Shown here piece after piece: positions 25,480-35,785 of a stretch of 64,000 nucleotides of DNA. The stretch is from Raillietiella orientalis. Taxonomy: Eukaryota. A program made the position numbers and the translations under genes. Below the pieces are notes generated by a model. The model had not been told where the DNA came from and made no database searches. It saw only the letters and a list, made by a program, of their open reading frames with translations. Position 1 is the first letter of the stretch, and every line of letters starts with the position of its first letter. The DNA lies in NCBI GenBank assembly GCA_036172245.1, contig JAYWIR010000025.1, forward strand, positions 434,001-498,000. Direction: 5' to 3'.

Positions 25480-26160
25480 ATGGATGGACCTTGGAGAATG
25501 CGAGCCTTATGTGGCTTTTCCGTCAGCTGACTGCCATCTCCAAGACGTTATAAAAGGATAAAGGTCTATCAAGTTGAGGAAACCAGGAGTCACAGGAGAC
25601 TCGTGATCTGAATACTTTTCATACTGTCAAGGGACAAATAGAATATGAAAATCTTACGGTTTAATGAGGTAAATGGGATTAGTTCCTTTTTCTTTTCCCC
25701 CACAGCAAACAGAGAGTACCAGGATAAGCAAGCCACATTACGATGACCTGTGTGTTCTTTTGTATAGGGGGTGCCCGTAACTCCTCAGTCTAGTGTTTTT
25801 TTTTGGCTTCAAAAGAACTGCAATATAGAAGTCCCTGACTGTAGTCCACCATTCGAGGAATGTGATTACCTGTCACCTTAGCACCTCAGTATCTCGTGGC
25901 ACCTATTTGAAACCTTGTAGCCGGGGAAAGTATGCGAAATTTTTCCATGGTCTGAGAGAAACTATACACATATCTTGCTTTTTAACTGAAAAATTTCCTC
26001 CAGAGCCCTTCAGGGTATATATCGGTAGATTTTTACTATATTAGTTACAATTTCATATAGATGGAAAACTTTTTGGCTTCAAGAAAACCAGACAGACTGG
26101 TCAATATTCATCTAGCCCTGATAAAGGTACTTTGCAGAATTTCTTCCCAAGTTTCAGATC
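25480..26160 (+). mobile_element. Possible EnSpm/CACTA transposase remnant
   Basis: Weak ordered motifs LLYRG, KYAKFFHGLRETIHI (YxHFxxLxxAIxI-like) and MENFL (FENxL-like). Confidence 0.25.
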
Positions 26161-27974
26161 GATCATTCAACATACACATTGGAGGCAGTTTTTATGGGCA
26201 GATCTCCCAGTTTTCACAGGAGAGCGCCGTTTCCACAGGAAATAAGGAAACGACCTAGAAATGAAATATGAAGTGGAATATTCAGCTAGAGTGACGTAAG
26301 GATTCAAATAGTGATGCTGACCATCTGAATCCTCTCTTCAGATCTGCTAATCACTGTAATCGACAATATCAACTGTTGCATCAAGCTTATTTCACGGGAA
26401 GAGTAATTTAAACGCTTTGGTTATGCCTAGTAAAACTTTCATTGAGATTCTTTAGATTGAATGCCACTACCATACTCTTTCTTACGGGTGATGATAGAAG
26501 AGCAAAAAACAAAAACAAAAAAAAACATGAGCATCTATAAATTAGTAGTAATGAGTGAACTCAAAACAATTAAAGTTGCTTTGAATTACAGAAGCAGCTT
26601 TGAGTGCAAATTCAGAATCCTTTTTTTTTTTTGTCATCCAAGTCACATTCCCGTGAATACAATCTTGGTATTTCTTAGCGGGGATGACGCTGACTACAGT
26701 AGCAGAGATCAAATAAGCATTGGGAACCAGTTCCGGCTTCTATGGAAGCTTTTCATTAGAAATTCAAACTCCAAATTAATGTTCCTATAGACCGTATGGC
26801 ATAAATCATATGGAATTCCTTTACTCTTCCTGAAATAAGATACAGATTGAACATTTAGGCATCCAAATTATTCAGAAAATCGGTCCACGTGTCGGAAATT
26901 CTTTTCCTCCAAGTTAGGAAACCTTAGTTCCATGTTAGTACTCATTGGCAGCTCTGGGACTCTTGCGAGAACTGATAGAAAAATTCAAGAGAAGCGACGC
27001 TCGTAGGAGGCGTTTTTCTTTTTTGAAGAAGAAACGCCTCTATGAAATAGCATTATCTATACGGCAGTTTTCATGGAAAAACACAGAAACACATTGAAAC
27101 TCAGGATGCGTTTCCAAATCTTTTTTTGGAACACGGTAGGGATGAAATAGAAGTTCTTCCACACACTGTCAAGTCCTTCAGAGTGGAGAGCAAGCGTTAA
27201 GGCAGTGCTTCCCAAAGAGGGAGATACCGACCCCTGGTGAGCGCTGGAGCGATTCGGGGGCGGGGGGCAGAGTAACTTTTTATCTGAAAAAGGGGTGGTA
27301 GGCCAATAAGTTTCGGAAGCACGGCGTTAATGCATCGTGCGAATGCTGGATGAAAGCGGTAATGAAGGAAGGATGAGGAATAAAAGAAAAGTAGGCATCT
27401 CGATTCGGAAGCTGACAGAACGAAGCATGTTGGAACCATGAAAATGAAAGTGAAGTAGGAATGATCCTTCACAGCAGAGAGATTGTGCGGAAATTGGACA
27501 TGCTTCCAAGAGGAACCGTAGGATGGTTTTGTTCCCTTCGACACGAAAACAGGGAGATCGCACACCTCTCCCGAACTCGAGGGCAGGATGAAGACAAGCG
27601 TTTGTGGTATTCCTAGCTCATTCGGTAGAAGGAGAATGGCTTGTACATCTATCCTTCTTGGTCTCGAAATATCAGTTTTTCAGGTACCTCAGCTGATTCT
27701 CAGAAAAAAAGCACTTTCCCTGGAATCTTCTACTCCCAGAACAAATCAATTTGCTTGCTCAGGACGTGGACGTTGGTGCAACCGCCTTTGCTTCTGGGGC
27801 AATGCCGAGAATAAAGGCCTTTCCAGGGAGAACGCGTCAGGGAAGCATTTGCACAGACTGCACGTACATCACACACGTGTTGTTTTCTTGCCACCACATC
27901 AATGAGACCGTTCACAAGATCGCATTCGTTTTCGAAAACTCCAAGGAAATTCAGTTCCAGCTCATGAAACCGCG

Positions 27975-29013
27975 TCCGAAAAGGAAACTCTCTTTTCGGG
28001 GGTGGCATTTGTCCTCTAGAGTTTCTCCTACAGTTCGGGCTTCGCTTGTACGGAGCCACGGTTTGCTCCTTTTCGACTGATCCAGCAGGATCCGAGATTC
28101 CCTTTCGGAAAGGTCAAAACGTTACTCACAAGGGAGAGTGGAGCGACGACGTCCGCTTGCAAAATCCCGTTTTGTTTCTTCCTCTGCCGTTTCTCCTCAA
28201 TTCGTTCAGAGTGCCTGTGGATTCTTATCTCTGGGGACTTGGGATCCTTTGAACCATGCCCTAAGGCTGTGCTCATGGAAAACTTCCTTCACATCAGCCC
28301 CCCAGGATATTTGCTACACTGGGGTATTTGCTACTACCACCAAGATCTGCCCGATGGCGACTCTAGGCGAGCTCGCACCCAAACCCTTCTTCTCGCGAGA
28401 CTCTCCTACTCTCCGGCACCTGAGAAACCTGCTGCTCTCCGGAACGCTTCCAGAAAGCAGGAACGGCTCTGTCCCGGCGGTTGGGAACCATCGATCTTCA
28501 GGGCCGGTTGTTTCGGCAGGTGAGTTGTTGCATACTCCTTAGAGGATCTCGAATTCCATGGCCACCGTCCTTCTATCCACAGAAACCAACACTTTTCATA
28601 GGATCTGGAGGGCGCCGCATCTCCTCGGAGTTTGGTTCATCCGACAGTGCCAGTTCCTCTGCCTACCAAAATGAACCCACTGAGCGCTCATGGATCCGAC
28701 AGTCCGAGCTTCAGCTTTCAAGCAAGCCGGACTTCTGATTCATTTCAAGTTTGAGAATGGGTCGAAATCACTTCGGCTCCAAAGCCCTTCAAACCTTCCG
28801 CTTTACCGGATGGGACTCCGTTCTTTTTCCGCTTCAGCCAGTGCCAGCTATTCTAAGGGAAAATTCGGAGAAACAGCAGCTACCAGATGGTTCGATTTGT
28901 CTTCCACCCCTACACCCAGCTCCTACGACCAATTCGCACGTTGGGATCGCTGCAGACCTCCACCAGAGTTTCCTCCTCTGGCTTCGTCCTGACCAGGCAC
29001 GGGTCCACCATCT
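27975..29013 (-). pseudogene. Diverged 28S (LSU) rRNA fragment, non-functional copy
   Basis: The plus strand carries reverse complements of conserved LSU blocks in the correct order: TATTTGCTACTACCACCAAGATCTGC, TTCGGCAGGTGAGTTGTT, TTCCATGGCCACCGTCCT, GGTTCATCC, AAGTTTGAGAAT, CAGCTAC-AGATGGTTCGATT, ACCTCCACCAGAGTTTCCT...CTGGCTTCG. Many substitutions fall in normally invariant positions. The core 28240-29013 is firm and the left limit is approximate. Confidence 0.92.
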
Positions 29014-29962
29014 GCGAATCATGCGGATTCCGTTGATCCTGAGCACAGGTGAAGATACAGGAGCTCTTGTCTTTCTGCTGCCGCTTCTCTTTGTTTCGTT
29101 CTTCCGGGAGCTCCGGACTTTACGGGCCGTGAAGGATTCTGGGAAATCCAGACTGCCCAGCTCTGATCAGCATCGGCCAGCGATGCACACAGGAGGAATC
29201 TGTGACGGGGAAGATGGTCCGGGAACTTTCGCATTTCTGGTCCCAGAAGTGCGACGAACCTGCAACTTCTGCGCGTTTGCCGTCATCTCCCTGATTTGGT
29301 GGAGGATTCTTTGGCAGCGGGTCGCGCCCGAGAACGTCCGCGCACCGTGCGGGCTGGTCCTATCGCGCAAGCAGCACGTGACTCTGACCCTGACTTTGAA
29401 AAGAGCCTCTTCGAGTGGTAGGAAACCGCGGGGAGATCCCTCGCAGGGAGAGAACTTCAGTCGGAGGTTGGCATCCTCGGAGTCCTCGCGGATGAGAAGG
29501 CGCGCGCATCCCTTCGATTATTGGTCGGAAGGGAAACTTCCGTACGAGGGTGAGGAAGCCAAGGCAACCACAGATATTTCCTTCGATTGGGTCTCATCAG
29601 AGAGCCAACCTGTCTCAGGCAGTGGGTCCGCGATCTCCTGCCCCCTCGGCTTCTCCAGAGGTCCTTTTCTCCCGTTTCCGAACGGGTGACCAATTCCCTG
29701 TTTCCTTCTTTCCTCCGCGCCGCGGGAGAGAACAACTTCCTCCAATTAGCACGCGCGCAGTTCTTGATTCCGCTTCCTTCTCCCCGAGAGGTTCTATCCT
29801 TCCTCCATCACCTCCTCTCTTTGCTGAGATCGGCATGACCTTCCTTTGCCGACCCCCGAAGGCACCCTCCCAGTACCCTCCTTTCCGACGGCGCCCCCTG
29901 CCATCAAAATGGCGCTCGGATGAAGCTGCTAAAAACTCTTTACGGATTCATAGGAAATACAA

Positions 29963-30682
29963 GGATGATTCTCACCCGGTTATGCCGAAGCATTTCTTAC
30001 GTAAAGTAATGAAAATAGAACCGGTGGTTTAACACGCACAAGGAATTTACCGAAGAGCGATGCTCAGACCGGCGAGGTCCTCTCCGGCGGCATGGGATGA
30101 GGGAAAACAACAACAACAACAACAAAAGTAAACAAACAAAACAGAGGAGGGGACGGTATGCACGGGGAGGGGGGGATCACGGTGCGTTGCCAGGTGTCTT
30201 CTGTATCCTGTTCAGGATGCTGACAAGTTCGACGATCCCAGATGAGGCCATCTCGCAGCGATCTTCAGGAGGATCCGCACCCAGTGGATGGCGTCCCTGC
30301 CATTTCGGCCTCTTCTTCTGGATTTCCAAGCCGCCAGGATCCCTCGAAGACGGCAGAGAGCTGCGAGGGACGCGGATGGAGGCACGAAAAGGCGTCTGAA
30401 AATGTCCCTGGGGCAGCCCTCCAGTGTTCCTGGGATCGTCTCGAGGAGATCCCAAAGATAGTCAGAGGGCAGCAAAGTGTAGCAGCAGGTGCGGGAGTAT
30501 CTCCTTCTTCACGCCCCTGCCGCACTCTGAGCATCCTCTCTATCCCCCGTTCCAAGCCTCCAGGATCCCTCAAAGGCAGTAGAGAACTGTGAGGGACGCG
30601 GCTGGCGGCAGCGCGGCACGCGCGAAGAGACTTCTGAAAATTTCCTGGAGCTGCCTATCAGGATACCTAGATCGTCGCTGCT
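29963..30682 (-). mobile_element. L1/Tx1-like LINE 3' end, 5'-truncated, with internal duplication
   Basis: Homologous to 30683-31400 and 35000-35627. Minus-strand translation WVRILLKIAARWPHLG...ELVSILNRIQ. The segment TCCAAGCC-CCAGGATCCCTC...GAGGGACGCGG occurs at both about 30325 and about 30551. Confidence 0.75.
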
Positions 30683-31400
30683 GGATGATTCTCACCCGAT
30701 TATGGCGGGGAGTTTATTACGTTGGTAATAAAAATACATTTTTGTGGTAGAACCAACTGTTCTACCACGCACAATGAGCCTGTCGAGGTCCGCTTCGGCA
30801 GCGTGGAGGAAGGGAAAACAAAAAATAAACAGACAAAACGGGGGAGGGAAATTCATACAAGAGGAGAGGGGGGGGGGGGGTACCGAGGAAGGGATCACGT
30901 ACGCTGCCAGGCTTCTCTGGCATTTCATTCAGGATGCTGACAAGTTCTGTCCGGATAGTGCCCAGGTGGGACCATCTCGAGGTGGTCCTCAGGAAGATCT
31001 GCACCCAATGGATGGCGTCCTTGCCATTCTGGCCTCGTCTTCCAGCGTGCCCCAAACACAGCAGAGAACTGCGAGAGATGCTGCTGGTGGTGGCAGTGCG
31101 GCGCGCACGAAGAGGAGTCTGAAAATGTCCCTGGAGTCGCCCGCCGGGATACCTAGGAACGTCGCGAGGAGATCCCAAAGGGGTAGGAGGGCAGTACAGT
31201 CCAACAGCAGGTGCGGGAAGTCTCCTTCTTCCCACATCTGCCTCATTCCGCACCCACCTTTCCCCGTGCCCAGTGGTGAAAGCGTGCTTTGCATAGCATT
31301 CCCCTGTGCACCACCAGCAACGCCTGTCGCTTGAAGGGGACGGTTGCACTGTTCCAGCCACTTCTCCGGAGGAGGGATGCCGAGAAGCTCTCTCCAGCGT
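30683..31400 (-). mobile_element. L1/Tx1-like LINE 3' end (zf-RVT-like region plus 3' UTR)
   Basis: Minus-strand translation WEEGDFPHLLLDCTALLPLWDLLATFLGIP (ExxxHLLxxC....W zinc-knuckle end of ORF2), then WVQIFLRTTSRWSHLG..., a T-rich 3' UTR, AATAAA and terminus ...CGGGTGAGAATCATCC shared with the copy at 29963. Confidence 0.8.
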
Positions 31401-31563
31401 ATATACAAGTCCGTGGGGGGGGGGGGGGGGGGATACTCGGAGTCACAACACAAGGATGATGGAAATCCCTTCGGGTTCTTTTCTGTCTTCGCTGTTTTCG
31501 TTTTAGCTTTTTCGAGGGTTCGCTGACTACCTCAAGAACCGTCGCTCGCCAGGCGGCTCAAGC

Positions 31564-31810
31564 AGCTCTTTAACGCTGTTGCACGCCACCCGAGTTGTGT
31601 GTGTGATTCTTCAAGATAGCGGGTACTCTGAATGGAGACCACCCTCTGAATCCAGGAAGGGCTCTGGGGAAGGGAGTCCTTTCCTCTCACGCCTGGGGAG
31701 GTATCCCCGAAGGGAAGCCCACCTCCCTGGTTGTCTCCGAAGGGGAACCCTGAAGGGAATCTCCTACAGTTGCCCCTCGCGCTCTCCAATCCTCCGGGGT
31801 GCGTCCGAAA
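31564..31810 (-). mobile_element. 3' part of the tRNA-headed SINE family
   Basis: GCTCTTTAACGCTGTTGCACGCCACCCGAG...CCAGGAAGGGCTC...CTCACGCCTGGGGAGG...TGGTTGTCTCCGAAGG is the reverse complement of about 61540-61717 and about 44400-44580. Confidence 0.75.
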
Positions 31811-33728
31811 CTCACGGAATGAAATTCCGTGCGAACCCTGCAGACGGGACGCGGTCCAGCCAGCGCATCTCTCCCTCCCCTCCAGGATTCCTGCCGACTG
31901 CGAGGATGGGTGACTGTGGGGCTCTGTCCGTGACTACTCTTTCTTTGTTGAGTTTCCATCGCCTGCGGACTTCGCCCCGCTTCGTCGCATTTCCGCACGG
32001 AGAACCCCCAGGGGCATCTCCCCTGAGCTACCCGTTCGCATCCCATCATCAAGGAGCCACTTTTTCCACTCAGCTTGTTTGGGTTTTAAAATTTTCCGCA
32101 CGTTAATGACCGTTTCTCGCCTATGATTAACTCGGTGACTGCTCCGTGATTATCCGCCATGAGATCAGAGTTCTTTTGTGAACCACTTTTGGTAACCTTG
32201 GCAACTCAGCTCGTGGCACTTTCTTTAGCAGCCGGTGGAGGGGTGGAAACCACAGAGAGATTTTTCGATGCTACCCATGATACTTCCTAGTTCTTTTGGA
32301 TACCCTCAGATTTTAAAGACTTTAAAGAATATTCTTGTTTTTTTGTTTGTTTTTTTTTCTTTTCTTTTTGTCTTTCAGCAAGACTCTTTTTGTAAACCTC
32401 TTTTCAGTGGCGCTCATACTTGCCGAGCACAATGCTGAAAACCACAGATCTGCTCCGGGCAGTGGTCTCATTTTCCGATCACCTGGAACCAGGATCCGTG
32501 TTTCGGATGCATTGAATCTTCTCAGGTGCCAGGAAAAGGAACGGAGATGCACTTCAGGTTTGTCTGTTGCCCCCTCTCTCCTCCTTCCCAGCAGATCCGT
32601 CTGCGCCCCTTTCCCGAGCCCTTCCCTGTTCTTGGCGCATTAGTCAACTGCGCGCGCGGTCGTGCCCTTTCGACTTACTCCGCCTTTCTTTGGCGGCGGC
32701 GAGAAGGGGAGGCCGAGTGCTTCTCTTCCCTTCTCGCTCCGGTCACCAGAGCGCCAGAGAGTACGCCGATTGAGCACGTAATTGCATGCCGCGGTATCAT
32801 CTGATGTCTCCCACACTTCGCATCCTCCGCTAGAAACGGGAGTCACGAGACATGGAGGAGCAGTCCGTCTGCCTATTCCATTCCTCGGGGAAGAAAGCAC
32901 CGTTTCGGAGAGGGTCCAGGGAGAAAGTCCCAATTTTGGATTCTCGTTCCCGCTGAACGTTCTCCTCTTTTTTGGAAAGCTGCCTTCGTGTTCTCCCTCC
33001 AGGCGCTCTGCGCAGGGTTCTCTTTCCATGGATGACTTTTGCGCGTGGCCTCATCCTCCTGGCCTCTGAGGAAATCCATGATGGTCGGAAGAGGTTCCCA
33101 TCCCGGGGAGGAAGCTCAGATGAGACGCAGAGTTTCGCCTTGGGCTATAACCGGGAAGGCGTTCAGCATGTGCAGAGCGTTGCTTAGCCGCCCTTCGGTC
33201 GCTCCTTACTACTTGCAACGCGCAGGTGAGAAGAGGCAAGAAAGTTTCACCCGCAGGCGATCAGCAGGTTTTCCGTGCATTCAACTGGAGCCTCCTTCCC
33301 CCCCCATCCATTTTTCCCCTTGGAATCCAGGGTCAAATACACGTGGGGAGAGAGGGTTCTCGTCGATCTGCCAGGTGGGCTGTTCACTGCCCGTCTGTTC
33401 GAGTTGAGCGTCCATTGTTTTTGGAGCAAAAGAAAAAATCTCTCGCTTCTTGGGGGCACTCCCCTCACGTCACTTCCCCAGTCTGCCAGTGGGTACGCGC
33501 GTGTCATCTCTGAGGACTTCCGGATTTCTTTTTGCTTCCTGCCGCCGTACTGCCGCAGACACCCCGAGGCGAATTTCGTTCTGGCTGCCGATCCTTAGGT
33601 GATCCTCCGGCGGAGCTCGCTACCAGGACATTAAAGCCCCTCCCCTCCTTCCTCGGGTTTCCTTTTTCATTTTCTTCCTTGGTTCTACAAGTGCTGAAGA
33701 ACCGTCCGTCTTCTTAGGGAGGTCTCAT

Positions 33729-35785
33729 AGAGCTCTCTGACGCTGTCTACGGCAACCGAGATTGCGTGGATCATCCTGTGAATCCAGGGAGGCATTGGAG
33801 GAAGGAGTCTGTCCCTCTCTTACTCTTGGGAGGGAACCCGGGAGGGAAACGCTCGTGCTGGTTGTCTCGGAGGGGAATCCGATCCTTGTTCTCTCCGGGA
33901 AGACCCCCCGAAAGCTCCTCATTTCTTTTCCGAAGGGAATCGGCAAAGGATCCGCTCCTGGAATTTCTTCTCTAGAGGGACCCCCGCAAGGGAACTGTTC
34001 CATCTTCTCCTCTAAAGAGAAGGGACAAAGGGACACCCTTCAAATTTCCCTGAAGGACGTTCCCCCAAGGGAGAGGCTCCCTCTGGAGAGGCAACCAGTT
34101 CGCGACAGAGGGTCTTCTCTCTCCACCCCCTTAGGAAGAGAGGAGATCTTCATTTTCACAACCAGAGGGGAACACCGAAGGGATCCTCGATTCCTAGAAG
34201 GACCCGGGAGAGTCAACTTCCAGTCTCGGTCAGTCAACGGGACGTTCGGCTTCCACCAGTGCCTCCTTACGCTGGAGCGAATGGAACGACAGCTCCGATT
34301 CCTTCAAGCCGCCCTCACTTCCAAGCCCTAAACCACACCTTGATGAGCTCCGGAAAGAATGCTCGCCAAACAGGCAACCTGCTGCAAAGGACTGACCTCG
34401 GTCGTCGTGGTCACCGAGCGGAGTCTGGGCCATCTCGGTCCCCAGCTCCGACACATGGTTGCCTCTGTGCAGGAGAAGCCCCGGATCTCCGTCCTCCCGG
34501 CAAACTGGACTGCCAAACTGCAAGAATCCCGTTTCCGCATGAGGAAGAATCAACAGCACGGGCAAGGCAGAGTGCATCCGCCTACGGAACAGCAGATACG
34601 CTCGCCCCAGCCGCTGAGAGAGATCCTGGGGAGCATCAGGGATCCGCTGTGAGCCTCGTTCACTCCCCTCACCCTAGTGCTGCCCTCCTCTCCCTAAGGG
34701 GAGCAATGGACAGCCAACTGTCAGCGAGGTGGGAAGTGGCCTGCGTGATAGGGAACAGGAAAAAGCATCTGGATGAGTGGACAACTCGGGAGATGGCGCA
34801 CGCCGCACTCCCGAGTTTCCCACCAAACGGTCTGCTACTCTGGAGGGAGAGCTACTAGAAATTCCTCCCGAGGAGATGAAGTGGCTCCCAGCGTGTTGAA
34901 ACTGTGCTACCCTCCCCCTGAAGTGGCAGGAGTCGGCGGCCTTGCTGTTGCACTGGGACCTCCCGTGCAACGCCCGCCGACACCATTGGACCCAAGGGAG
35001 TGTGAGCCCGAACTGCGGCATGTGAGGAGAGAGAGTCCCTCCCAAGAGCACCTGCTCATGGAGTGAGTGTGTTTCCCTGCGCCCCATGTGGGAACGCTTC
35101 GTCGCGTCCCTGCTGATCCCCGAGGACAACCCCAGAAACGTTTTGAAGAGCCTCTTCCTGCGCGACACCCTCACACCGACCGCATCCCTAGCAGCACTTT
35201 GCTACTGCCTACGCGGAGGGATCATGGCTGCATGGAGCAACGCCAGAGGAGAGCAGAACGACAGGGAGGTCATGTATCTTGCAGTCCTCTTCCTGAGGAC
35301 AGCGTCAAGATGCTCCCATCTGGGAGTCTTGAAACAGGAACTTTCCGGCATTCTTACAAGGATGCAGAGCACACCCTCCAGCACACAGTATCCCTTACCG
35401 AACCCCTCCGCCCTTCAGTTTTATGTATATTTATTTTTTCTTTTCTTTTTCTTTTTGTTTGTCTCTTCTTCCCCTGTGCTGTCGAAGCGAACCCTGCTAG
35501 CCCACGTGCCAGTTCTCGGCAGGTTCTTTCCTTACATTTTGTGACGTGGCAGCATCACGCATCTTGTCACTGACGTCCAAGTTTCATTTTTAATGAATAA
35601 ACGCCCTGGAGTGACCGCCTGTCAAATACCAGTGCCACCGCACCCGAAGCCTTCAGGCCAACCAGCATCGTCTTGCAGCGGGGACTCGAAACCTACATTT
35701 CTCGGTATCGACCCCTCCCTGCGAGAGGGGTTCGAACCCACGACGCTTGGTGGTGCCATGTGGGGCCAGCGCGGCCGCCAACGCG
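33729..35785 (-). mobile_element. tRNA-headed SINE copy split by a LINE insertion (head 35785-35628, body and tail 34266-33729)
   Basis: The minus-strand head reads CGCGTTGGCGGCCGCGCTGG...CACCACCAAGCGTCGTGGGTTCGAACCC. The body and tail align with the copies at 43955, 59527 and 61210. The two halves join at a duplicated 12-mer. Confidence 0.75.
34267..35627 (+). mobile_element. 5'-truncated L1/Tx1-like LINE with 12-bp target site duplication
   Basis: Flanked by ACCAGTGCCTCC (34255-34266) and ACCAGTGCCACC (35628-35639). Decayed ORF2 C-terminal motifs are NWTAKLQ...GQGRV, VLKLCYPP, ESPSQEHLLME, WERFVASLLIP and LFLRTASRCSHLGVLKQELSGIL. A T-rich UTR and AATAAA lie near 35596. Confidence 0.82.

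Noticed and set aside
27975..29013. Functional rDNA unit
   Set aside because: The sequence is partial, isolated and mutated at invariant positions.
28751..29689. 312-aa ORF
   Set aside because: It begins in the antisense of the 28S fragment and has no protein motif.
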